Assembly: GCA_035530655.1 (NCBI GenBank)
Contig: DATKUK010000102.1
Coordinates: forward strand, 143,199 to 207,198
Direction of reading: 5' to 3'
Length of the DNA: 64,000 nt
Source: Phycisphaerae bacterium
GTDB lineage: Bacteria > Planctomycetota > Phycisphaerae > UBA1845 > DATKUK01
Shown: piece after piece, positions 1 through 8,579 of the stretch
How positions within the stretch are numbered: position 1 is the stretch's first letter
Layout of the letters: the number at the start of each line of letters is the position of its first letter
Program-made: the position numbers and the translations under genes
Notes under the pieces: model-generated
The model's input: only the letters and a program-made list of their open reading frames with translations
The model's database searches: none
What the model was told of the DNA's origin: nothing

Positions 1-72
1 CTGGACAAGCTGATCCTCAACCTGGACAGTTCGCCCAGCGAGACCTACGGACGACAGGAAGGCTCGGCGTAA
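1..72 (+). mobile_element. 3' end of a truncated DDE transposase ORF (IS1380/IS4-like), ending LDKLILNLDSSPSETYGRQEGSA-stop
   Basis: The reading frame is open from the window edge to TAA at 70-72. The tail matches the conserved LDLDxTDDPxHGxQEG block that precedes FFHGYY in IS1380-type DDE transposases. A stop falls immediately after QEG, so this is a fragment. Confidence 0.35.
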
Positions 73-578
73 GGATCAGCGTGAGCCGCTTCGGGTCCGT
101 CGCAGAGCGAAGCGGCGCGGCCAACCCGAAGGCGCGCTCCACGCTCTTGTTCGGCTTTCGGTTGTGTCGAGTGGCCTCAGCTTAGTACTTGATGATGAAG
201 GTCACGGAGATGTTGTTCGACCTTGTCTCCTTGCCATGTCGACCGGTGGTCGGAAAGGCGTCGTCCTCGATGGCACGGCCTATCGCCTTGGGTCCGGGCT
301 TGACGTGTCTTACGAGGTTATCTCTGGATGTGCCTGGCTGGTTGCCGGCGGGGATATCGACGTCATGACCGTGACGAGTGAGGTGGTATTGGAACTGATC
401 ATCCTGGTAAGAGCCGAGCACGCGAGGCGGCGCGCCTTCCGGCAGGTGATCCTCCGAATCACGCTTGACAGCAAGGGGCGTCTCGCCTTGCTCCTGGCAG
501 GTCAATCGGGCGGTGGATACGCTGGTACAACACCGAGCGTCCGCACCAGGCTTTGGACTATCGCAGTCCGGACGAGCC

Positions 579-609
579 TCACGCTGCGTTGCGACGCAAC
601 GCAGCGTGA
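579..609. repeat. 31-nt perfect palindrome TCACGCTGCGTTGCG-A-CGCAACGCAGCGTGA
   Basis: Read directly from the sequence. It is self-complementary with 15-nt arms. It lies in the apparently non-coding stretch between the transposase fragment and the AT-rich gene. Confidence 0.6.
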
Positions 610-877
610 CAGAACAGAGTGTTGTCCAGCAACCAGGGGTACACTACACAAGCTTGCGACAACCCCAATGGCCTCTCAGCTCTGTCTGACAAACAGGTTC
701 TCCCCACGGTACGCCGTCCCGGGCACTGGCGGACAAACCGCCAGCGGCACCCGAGAAGACCAGACCGGAACTGCTAGGCACAGCCGAGGATTCCCATCTT
801 CTTCCTCTCCATCGAACGACAAAGCTCACCTGTCGCTATGAAACGCTCGCGGAATGCCGCTCAGCAGCAGTGATTTC

Positions 878-2092
878 TTAGCGGGGAGGCACATAAGGAA
901 ATATTTCCGTCCCGTTAATCACACCATAAACGTATCGCTGGTGCTCATTAAATGGAAATTCTTTTACATCATATCCATCAAATAGGCTAATTGAAGACAT
1001 CCCGTTGACGAATATCACGAATACACAAACCAGGTAGATATTACCCGATGTTGCTATGGGCTCAGTGGTGCACCTGCGTCTATATGCAATATGCAGCATA
1101 AGAAAGCTAGTTGTCACTGCCAATGTGTTCCATCTATGCATATCCCAACCCACATTGTGCAACAGCAGTGGGGATAAAGAGGCAAGGATAGATAGTAATA
1201 CAAAATACGCTTTAGTCTTTGATTTCCTTAAAATAGAAGTTGAAAAATAAATAAAGACCAGAAAGGCAGGGCCCGTAACGACGCATGAACGTAACAAGTC
1301 TATATATCTCCTCTTGTGCGACCACATTTCTTTCATGATGTCAAGAGTATCTTTTGAAGTTCTATGTAATACATCGAAAGCCGTTTGTCTTAAAGGATGT
1401 TCTATGCTCGCCTGTAGGCTATTGTACATTTTATGTGCTTCTGAAGTCTCCAAGGTAGAGGCGGATACAAATAATCCAAGAGCAAGCAACGCGGCCGAGA
1501 ATAAGCCCAATAGTAGAAGTTTCCTTATGCGCTCCTCGGACTCGATGCTAAATAGAAGTGACATGAAAACAATAGGGAAGAATACAACGATAATGGCTTC
1601 ATGAACCAGCAGAGCCACGGCCATTGATGGCAATGAAAAGAGTAGTTTTTTATAGAAACCAGTTATGTTTAATGTTACTAACGCAAACAGCAAGCCTACA
1701 TGGTCGCAATATCCAATAGAATGAGATAGAAAAACAACAGCAAGGCTAGATGCATAAATCAACGAACAGCCAAGAAGCGCTGGCTCGGCGCTGCGAATGA
1801 AATCTCGTATTAAAATGCTCAAAAGGATAATGTTTATAGAACAAATCACTATGCTGACAATAAGGAAACATTCGTATGATATCGGATAATGATTATTAAG
1901 GTGGCTGAAAAGTGCACCAATGAACCCTCTTTTTGTAAAGCCGAAGTCATAGTTAAATAGGAAATGACTGTAAGACCATATGTTTGGAAAACGGATTCCC
2001 CTGAGAATAGATAAGAATAATAGTACAGATGCGAGCAAACGCCAGAGTGTGATGTCACAACCTGAATTCATTATTGGCTTGGTATTGCGCAT
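878..2092 (-). CDS. AT-rich polytopic integral membrane protein (about 10-12 TM helices), possibly a Wzy/EpsG-like polysaccharide polymerase or ligase (speculative)
   Basis: A 404-aa ORF with many hydrophobic segments. The gene is conspicuously AT-rich against a GC-rich background, which suggests horizontal origin. I recognise no catalytic motif. Confidence 0.65.
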   Translation of the reverse strand: MRNTKPIMNSGCDITLWRLLASVLLFLSILRGIRFPNIWSYSHFLFNYDFGFTKRGFIGALFSHLNNHYPISYECFLIVSIVICSINIILLSILIRDFIRSAEPALLGCSLIYASSLAVVFLSHSIGYCDHVGLLFALVTLNITGFYKKLLFSLPSMAVALLVHEAIIVVFFPIVFMSLLFSIESEERIRKLLLLGLFSAALLALGLFVSASTLETSEAHKMYNSLQASIEHPLRQTAFDVLHRTSKDTLDIMKEMWSHKRRYIDLLRSCVVTGPAFLVFIYFSTSILRKSKTKAYFVLLSILASLSPLLLHNVGWDMHRWNTLAVTTSFLMLHIAYRRRCTTEPIATSGNIYLVCVFVIFVNGMSSISLFDGYDVKEFPFNEHQRYVYGVINGTEIFPYVPPR

Positions 2093-2424
2093 GAACTGTT
2101 TCCTGATGCGGCTAACGTGATGCGGTCAAGTCATAACTGTCCTGTCACATCGTTTTGACGTTGGCTCCTTGGCGGTGGGCTACGCTGCCCGTTTCGGTTC
2201 GGGACTGGCCGAAGACCTCTTGCCATAGGGCGTCGGTGCGTCGTTCGGTGAGTGGGGCCATCGGCACACGGTGCCAGCGTCGCGACGCCGCGGGGGCGAC
2301 CAAGAGAGATCGTCCAACCCAGATCCCCAAGTTGCTTCGGCACCCAGACGCGTGAGTCGCGCTTGGTGAAGTACACCGACAACCACTTGCGACGCGTCCA
2401 GTTGTCGGATTGGCCCACTCGGCC

Positions 2425-3576
2425 TCATTGATTCTCTGCTGATCCATCGGCATCTCCCGAGCGTCCTGTCCCCTTAACGTGATGCGTCAACCCAGTTTGC
2501 CCGCGTCGGCGGGACGCAGAGGTTGGCGTGTCCGCTTCCTTGTGCAACCAATCCAAGAGGGTGCGCGCCGCCTCGAACTGGCGGAGGACTTTGCCTGGGT
2601 CGGGTGTGGCGCCGGTCCAAGCAGGCCTGGGCCCGTCACTGGAGTCTGTGATGACGGTCGTCCACAGCGACAGATTGAGCACGTCTCGCGTCACGGAAAG
2701 CTCATCCAACTCCTCTCCCGCGCCTCGTCGTATCGTCCACATCAGGTCACGCATCTGCCTGCCGCGCAGAGGCACCGCGGCGAAGCGTTCCCAGACGGTC
2801 TGCTCCGCCAGGCGCGACGCCGCAAGATAGAGCGCCGCAACAGTGCTGTCACCTGCTTCTCCGGCGACCCGGAGAAATCGCGTAACGCTCCGCGCGCTGC
2901 TCTGGGGAATCTTCCGCCAGATGGCGTACGCGCCCGCAGGCAGTCGCTGGTACGTCGTCCTGAGGATGTCGAGAGATCCCTGCATGTGCCGGCCGTCTCG
3001 AATATGCCGTTCAGCAATGCCAAGCTGCTCTGTGCAGTAGGTGATGACCTTGTGCAGCCAGAGCTGGGCGAATCGGTCGGTGTAGAACGTCTCGTTGCAC
3101 CGATCCAGGAACGCGTGAACGCAACCACCGAAGTCGTGGGTGGCACGGGCGCCCGCCGATTTGATGACGATGCCCAGCCAGTGCGGATGCTCCAGCCTGG
3201 CAAAGAAGGCATCGTCGGACTCCGTCACCGCCTCAGACAGATCCCTCGCCAGAACGACCCATCCAGACGCTTCTATGTCGTTTGGGATCCCCTGCTGATA
3301 CAGGCGGTCGTTGCGTTTGTGTTCCTCCGCCCGGACCAGGTCCTCCGGATCTCGACCACGCCAGGCGTCCGCCGCGATCAGCATGTCGATATCCGAACAG
3401 GGCCAATGGCTGCCGCGGCCCACCCCGCCAATGACTGCTACACCCCTCACGTACGGCAGGAGAGCGAAGTGGTGGGATTCCTCAGACGCAACTCGCGCAA
3501 TTCGCTCACGCCACCCGTCAAGCACGGCGTCTGCGGACAGCTCTGCCCACGGATAGTCGGGCCATTCCATCGCCAT
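2425..3576 (-). CDS. pol-beta superfamily nucleotidyltransferase, AadA/ANT(3'')-like N-terminal domain with a long helical C-terminal extension
   Basis: The motif IGGVGRGSHWPCSDIDMLI aligns with AadA YGSAVDGGLKPHSDIDLLV (the G[SG]...SDIDhh nucleotidyltransferase signature). The 383-aa protein is longer than a typical ANT. Confidence 0.7.
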   Translation of the reverse strand: MAMEWPDYPWAELSADAVLDGWRERIARVASEESHHFALLPYVRGVAVIGGVGRGSHWPCSDIDMLIAADAWRGRDPEDLVRAEEHKRNDRLYQQGIPNDIEASGWVVLARDLSEAVTESDDAFFARLEHPHWLGIVIKSAGARATHDFGGCVHAFLDRCNETFYTDRFAQLWLHKVITYCTEQLGIAERHIRDGRHMQGSLDILRTTYQRLPAGAYAIWRKIPQSSARSVTRFLRVAGEAGDSTVAALYLAASRLAEQTVWERFAAVPLRGRQMRDLMWTIRRGAGEELDELSVTRDVLNLSLWTTVITDSSDGPRPAWTGATPDPGKVLRQFEAARTLLDWLHKEADTPTSASRRRGQTGLTHHVKGTGRSGDADGSAENQ

Positions 3577-3673
3577 GGGTTCTCGTTCCCTGCCCTGTCG
3601 TCGTCAGGCCAACGGCGGCCATCTCCCGCGGGAAAGCGGCGCAGCGGATTTCCCGGCCTTCTGGATCGCGCAG

Positions 3674-4261
3674 TTAGTGACCCATCTGCCCGGATATAGT
3701 CTCCATGATCCTCGCGTTCGCAATGGGTTCGATGGCGAAGCGATTCCGCAGGTAATCCAGCATCAGCTTCCCTTCCTCCTGGCTGGTGCCCAAAATCGCG
3801 TCTCCCGCAAGGATGATCTTGAAATCCCGCTCATACGCCTCGACCGTCGTAAGCCCGACACACGCATTTGTGGAAAAGCCCGCGACGACCACCGTATCCA
3901 CGGCGCGGGCGAGAAGGACTGCCTCAAGCTCGGTTCGGATAAACGCGCTGTGGCGGGTCTTGCGCATGACAACATCTGTGTTGCGTCGGTGGACCTCGGG
4001 ATGCTCCTCGGCCTCGGGTGTCCCTTCGATCAGGCGCGGCGTGTCGTGCTCTTTCATCCACTGATTCCAGGTGCTTCCATCGGCCTTGTGGACGGTCAGT
4101 ATACGGACGACCGGCAGGTCTCTATCCTGAAAGAAATCGATCAAAGCGTTCGCGTTGGCGATCAATCTTCCAACGCGCGCAAGCTTCTCGGCAGGCCCCA
4201 CTTCCAAAAACCAGTGTTGCAGGTCGATTACAAGCAGTGCCGGTCTCATCATCTCTAGCAC
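3674..4261 (-). CDS. isochorismatase-family (cysteine hydrolase) protein
   Basis: It has the start LLVIDLQHWF, a conserved Lys-containing region, and GFSTNACVGLTTVEA carrying the catalytic Cys, which is typical of the isochorismatase/YcaC fold. It is 195 aa. Confidence 0.8.
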   Translation of the reverse strand: MLEMMRPALLVIDLQHWFLEVGPAEKLARVGRLIANANALIDFFQDRDLPVVRILTVHKADGSTWNQWMKEHDTPRLIEGTPEAEEHPEVHRRNTDVVMRKTRHSAFIRTELEAVLLARAVDTVVVAGFSTNACVGLTTVEAYERDFKIILAGDAILGTSQEEGKLMLDYLRNRFAIEPIANARIMETISGQMGH

Positions 4262-4905
4262 TCACGTGTGCAGGATGTGCCTCCAGGGCCGCGGGCCTTG
4301 GAAGTCAAGCGCATGCAATTGTTGGAGACATTCGGTAGCCCACATTCAAAGCGCCGGTATCCGAACGTCTCGAAGTCCTCGCGATCGTACTGCCACACCA
4401 GCTTCTCGTCCTCCATCGTGAAGAAGTCGAAGAAATTGCCCTCGGCGGGGCGGAACCCGCCCGCATTGTTGTGCGGGAAGGGCGGAATGTTGTCCTTGTC
4501 AACGAAGGGCAGCTCCCCGAGACACTGCGGCAGCCTTTCGAAGTACAGAACCAAATCCACACCGCCCTTTTCCACAAAGCTCTTCTGGCTCATGTGGTGC
4601 CCGGTCGGCTCTGTTCGACGCTGGGCAATGGCCCGATGCATCTTTTCCGCCAGGCTCTTCGGCCTGGGTGGTTCTTTACCCGTCTTGATGACGGGCTCGA
4701 AGAACCAGCCACTTACCGTCCTCTCGTATGGGTTCCGCACGATCGTGACGACCAGGTAGTCCTCGAACTCCGCTGGGACCTGCCAGTCATGGTGCCCGCC
4801 TACGTTTTCGCTCCCGTAGTTGTCCTTCAGCCACTGGAACATGGATTTGGAACCCGTCCGCGGCATCCCGATGTAGACGACCTTGTGTGCTCTCGAAACG
4901 TGCAT
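4255..4905 (-). CDS. sulfotransferase-family protein (PAPS-dependent)
   Basis: The 5'-PSB-like P-loop is VVYIGMPRTGSKS and the 3'-PB-like motif is IVRNPYERTVS. It is 216 aa. Confidence 0.7.
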   Translation of the reverse strand: MHVSRAHKVVYIGMPRTGSKSMFQWLKDNYGSENVGGHHDWQVPAEFEDYLVVTIVRNPYERTVSGWFFEPVIKTGKEPPRPKSLAEKMHRAIAQRRTEPTGHHMSQKSFVEKGGVDLVLYFERLPQCLGELPFVDKDNIPPFPHNNAGGFRPAEGNFFDFFTMEDEKLVWQYDREDFETFGYRRFECGLPNVSNNCMRLTSKARGPGGTSCTREC

Positions 4906-4939
4906 GCCAAGTCTCCAACGTTGCGGCTGGTGCGTGCTA

Positions 4940-5575
4940 TCAGCCGTCGCTGCCAGCCGGCGGTTGGGGCCTTCCTTTCGGTTTCCAGCCCGAAAGCTTG
5001 CCGGTTTCGTGTGATTCCAGCCAGGTGCGTAGTTCCTCCAATGTGCGCACGTTGTCGTCGAGAACGGCCCGATAGAGATCGACCGACGGACACCGCAAAC
5101 TCGGGGCCTGAACCCTCAATTCCTTCAGCTCAAGTATGATCGTTCGGGTCTCGTCTGTAAGGGCTGCTCGCATGGGTTCAACGAGGTGCTCGCCTCGCGG
5201 CAGGCCGTAATCGGTTGGGGCAGACCACATATCGACCTTCCATTCCATGCCGTCGTCCTGCCTGTAGCGAAGCTGCCAGTACAAAGCCTTGTCTCGTCCC
5301 GCCAGTTCGTTCGAGAACCGCGCCTTGGTTACCCTCTGATTGAGGGCGCACTCGCCGAGCACCTCGAATCCGTGTTCGACCTTCAGATCCGAGCAGTATA
5401 TCTCCATATCGATATCAGGATCAACCAAGAGGTCGCAGGCAAAAGCGCCAACAAAAACCGGCCGGCCGAACCTCTGCCATCTGCCGACGAGATCGAGATC
5501 CGCAACGATGCTCTCCGCAACTCGCTTCCTGTCTGCTGCTCGTCCAATCACATCTGTCATTTCTCGTGGACCCAA
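4940..5575 (-). CDS. nucleotidyltransferase-fold protein (Lnu/ANT-like small-molecule nucleotidyltransferase candidate)
   Basis: VGAFACDLLVDPDIDMEIY resembles the hG[SA]...[SD]DhDh nucleotidyltransferase motif. It is 211 aa. The true start may be the internal Met (MTDVIG). Confidence 0.55.
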   Translation of the reverse strand: MGPREMTDVIGRAADRKRVAESIVADLDLVGRWQRFGRPVFVGAFACDLLVDPDIDMEIYCSDLKVEHGFEVLGECALNQRVTKARFSNELAGRDKALYWQLRYRQDDGMEWKVDMWSAPTDYGLPRGEHLVEPMRAALTDETRTIILELKELRVQAPSLRCPSVDLYRAVLDDNVRTLEELRTWLESHETGKLSGWKPKGRPQPPAGSDG

Positions 5576-5584
5576 TCCTGAGCG

Positions 5585-6118
5585 TCAGCGGCACCTGTTA
5601 GGGCGTCGGCTGCAAGCCCACTCCAATGCTTCCTGAGCGATAATCTCGTATGCAGCACTCTTGTTCATGATGTATTCCTCCCGTGCTGCGGCTGCACTGG
5701 CCGCCTCCCTCTTTCGTTGTGCTAACCACTGGGCGCGTTCGCCGTTGCCTTTGAGATACTCGCGGAAGGCCAAGTGCTTGCGCAGCTCAGGCGAATCCGA
5801 TTCACAGGCGTACAGATGATGGCCGGGCAGCTCGGCGGCCGCTGAGTGTGGCAAGGGCGCGAACGCTTCGCGGGTCGAAATACCCCCGTCGCCTTCATGC
5901 ATATAGCCGGTAGCAGCTAACGCCTTTATCACGTCGGACATGGACCCACCGGGGCATTCGACATCGATGTCGATGATATCCTTGGACGGCATGCCCGCAA
6001 CAGACGTGGACCCGACGTGATGGAACCGGCATCCAGCGGGGAGATGCGGACGAAGCATCGTGACTATAGAGTCGAATCGCTCCGACCAGTCAGGGTTGTA
6101 CTCTGTGATGTATCGCAT
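5585..6118 (-). CDS. GrpB-family protein (UPF0157, nucleotidyltransferase-like fold)
   Basis: HHVGSTSVAGMPSKDIIDIDV is the GrpB signature. It is 177 aa. Confidence 0.75.
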   Translation of the reverse strand: MRYITEYNPDWSERFDSIVTMLRPHLPAGCRFHHVGSTSVAGMPSKDIIDIDVECPGGSMSDVIKALAATGYMHEGDGGISTREAFAPLPHSAAAELPGHHLYACESDSPELRKHLAFREYLKGNGERAQWLAQRKREAASAAAAREEYIMNKSAAYEIIAQEALEWACSRRPNRCR

Positions 6119-6225
6119 GGCATTCGTGGGCTGACACTGCGGATCAGACGCGGCTGTAGCCCATCGCCCGCATCTGCCTCTTCTGGGAATACTGACCTAT
6201 ACGAGTCTACTCTTCGGCCTCTCGA

Positions 6226-7008
6226 TCAATTCTCTTCCGGCTTCCTGCACTGAACCGTTATTGCGCCAGCCTCCTTGCTCGGAGGATCGTCGGTCAGCCA
6301 GTGTGTCGCTCTTATGTCTCTGAATCCTGCCGATGTGGCATACCGTACGGCCTCATCAACAGTGAAGAAACAACCCCATCTCTCATTTGCTTCCGTTTCG
6401 ACCAGGCGCCCGCGAACAAACTTCTCCACCACAAACAACCTTTCCCACACATGGGTGGTGGCATCGTACTTATTCCTGTTTCGCCATGCGATGACCACAT
6501 CATCAGGCCCCGTCACCCAGTCACCGGCCCATCTGCCATCATTCTGATTCGTATTGTCTTCGGCGGGCACAGGCGCGAATTCATAGACAAATAAACCGCC
6601 CGGCTTCAAATGCGCCATCACTCGTTCAAATGTTGAATGTATATCCTGATCGCGGGTGAAAAGGCCGAGTCCGCCTGAATCCAGAAAGATCAGGCCAAAG
6701 TCCCGAGGAAGATCGAATTCCAGCATCGATTGCTGGTGCAGTTCCGCCTTCAGGCCATTTGCCTCGCATGCGGCGAGACATTTTGCCATCATGTCCTCAG
6801 ATGTATCGATTCCGACGATGTGAAAGCCTCGCTCAAGAAGGGGAACAAGAACCCTGCCCGTGCCGCTCCCAAGCTCCAGTATGGGCTCGCTTGATGCTTC
6901 TATGCATTTCACCCAGAACTCGATCTCTTCGCTGTGATCCTTGCTGCCGGAGACCAGTTCATACCATTCGGCATGCAACTTCCGATACTCTTTATGGTCC
7001 ATGATCAA
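6226..7008 (-). CDS. class I SAM-dependent methyltransferase
   Basis: Motif I is ILELGSGTGRVL and the post-I acidic motif is VGIDTSEDM. It is 260 aa. Confidence 0.8.
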   Translation of the reverse strand: MIMDHKEYRKLHAEWYELVSGSKDHSEEIEFWVKCIEASSEPILELGSGTGRVLVPLLERGFHIVGIDTSEDMMAKCLAACEANGLKAELHQQSMLEFDLPRDFGLIFLDSGGLGLFTRDQDIHSTFERVMAHLKPGGLFVYEFAPVPAEDNTNQNDGRWAGDWVTGPDDVVIAWRNRNKYDATTHVWERLFVVEKFVRGRLVETEANERWGCFFTVDEAVRYATSAGFRDIRATHWLTDDPPSKEAGAITVQCRKPEEN

Positions 7009-7118
7009 CTCCCATAACGTCCTGCGTGAGCGGCGCGGTTAGCGACCTTGCATGCATGCCGTGATTAGCATTCGTGGGCCCGGCCGCACTTCTCACCTTC
7101 GCGGTTCGGCTCCACCCT

Positions 7119-8156
7119 TTACGTTGCCCATCGTGAGAAGTCCACGTCGACAAACGGGACATCGTTCTCGAAACTGCTCTTCATCCAGGCGAATGTCCTG
7201 TCATGGCGGCCGACGCTTCCGAAGTCCTCCGTCGCACAAGGGGAAGTGGCGAGCATGGAGAGCTCTCTCGCTTTCAGGAAGAGAGGCAAGGACGCTGCCC
7301 ATCTTCGGTCCAACACGTGTTCCTGCCGGTAGCCTTCCATGAACGCATCGAGGAACTCTGCGGCACGCAGGGCCGAGTCGCGCGGCTGGCTGTCCGGGGT
7401 CTTCCATACCCAGAAGAAAAGCGCCGAGCCGATCTCTGACGCCAGCCCTGAGTAGTGGGCACATTCAAAGTCGATAACCACGGGACCGTCCGCCGACACG
7501 AGAACGTTGCCGCCGTGCAGGTCGTTATGTACGGGACCGTGGTCGACGGCAGGTAATTCCTCCAACGCCGCGCGCAGCTCGATGCACCTGGCGATCACGC
7601 GAGGCATCGACGGGTGTATGACGTCCGCCGGCGACTTGAACCAGGGCATGTCCGACCACATGCTCAGTTTGGCGCCGGCCGCGGCAGGCGAGTAGCCGAG
7701 GGAAACGCGATGCATCTTGCCGGCCAGCCGCCCGACAGGGCCAATGACCTCGCGGCTGTTGGGACACTCCTGCCACAGCCGACCCTCGATCCTTTCAAGG
7801 CAATAGGCGCTGACGTGCCATCCGTCCACGACCTGCGACTCGATCAGATTACCGTCGAGCGATCGGCATGGTTGCGGAACCGCGACGCCGCCGGCGTGGA
7901 GATGCGCCATCCAGTCAATCTCGCCGAGCAACAGCGGGTGGCGACTCTCGGCGGACGGAAGCACCTTGAATATGACCTCACCCGTCGGCGCCGGAGACCT
8001 GTAGACAAAGTTCCGGTGATCTTGTATCAGCGTAAGCGAGTTCATGGCCAAACCGAAACGTTCAGCCAGTTCTGGCAACGCACCGGTCAGAAGAATCTGT
8101 CTCGATCTATCGTCCATGGGGCGCAGCAATCTGGTGCTTTCCCATGCTTCTGTCAA
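7119..8156 (-). CDS. aminoglycoside phosphotransferase (APH)/choline-kinase-like small-molecule kinase
   Basis: The Brenner/catalytic motif is VHNDLHGGNVLV and the metal-binding motif is VIDFE. It is 345 aa. Confidence 0.8.
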   Translation of the reverse strand: MTEAWESTRLLRPMDDRSRQILLTGALPELAERFGLAMNSLTLIQDHRNFVYRSPAPTGEVIFKVLPSAESRHPLLLGEIDWMAHLHAGGVAVPQPCRSLDGNLIESQVVDGWHVSAYCLERIEGRLWQECPNSREVIGPVGRLAGKMHRVSLGYSPAAAGAKLSMWSDMPWFKSPADVIHPSMPRVIARCIELRAALEELPAVDHGPVHNDLHGGNVLVSADGPVVIDFECAHYSGLASEIGSALFFWVWKTPDSQPRDSALRAAEFLDAFMEGYRQEHVLDRRWAASLPLFLKARELSMLATSPCATEDFGSVGRHDRTFAWMKSSFENDVPFVDVDFSRWAT

Positions 8157-8579
8157 GAACCGCGAACATCGGCCAGTGGAAGCTCAGGAAACCGCTCCAC
8201 TGGGTTGCCGATGCTGTCTCTCCTGGCCCGCGATCGAAGACCCCCTTGAGAAACGACGCGAGCCTCGCGCCTGTTGCGCAAACGAGTTAATCCTGCAATT
8301 GTGCGGGGCCAACCTCGCCGCAGAGGTCGGACGCTTCGGCAAATGCTTCCAGGTTGACGGCGGACAGCAACAGGATGCCGACAATTGACTTCCGGGTCAG
8401 AAACCAATGGACCACCTCGTGGACCGGGGTGAAGGCCAGAACCTACGGATCCGGACCGCCAAGCACGCGGACAAACGCTTGCCGAACCGCTAGCCTGCCG
8501 GACAATAGAACGATGATAGCTCGCGACGGTCGCGGGTAGGAGTTGTCTGGGAAACCCCGGCTAAAGGATAAGCAGGACT

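Noticed and set aside
164-841. A 225-aa plus-strand ORF and an overlapping 107-aa minus-strand ORF (182-505) in the region after the transposase fragment.
   Set aside because: Neither has a recognisable motif and they overlap each other. The region contains a long palindrome and looks like degraded IS or non-coding DNA. The open frame is probably a GC-bias artifact.
2479-3699. A 406-aa plus-strand ORF antisense to the nucleotidyltransferase gene.
   Set aside because: It is Arg/Pro/Ala-rich low-complexity sequence typical of antisense frames in high-GC DNA. The opposite-strand gene has clear catalytic motifs.
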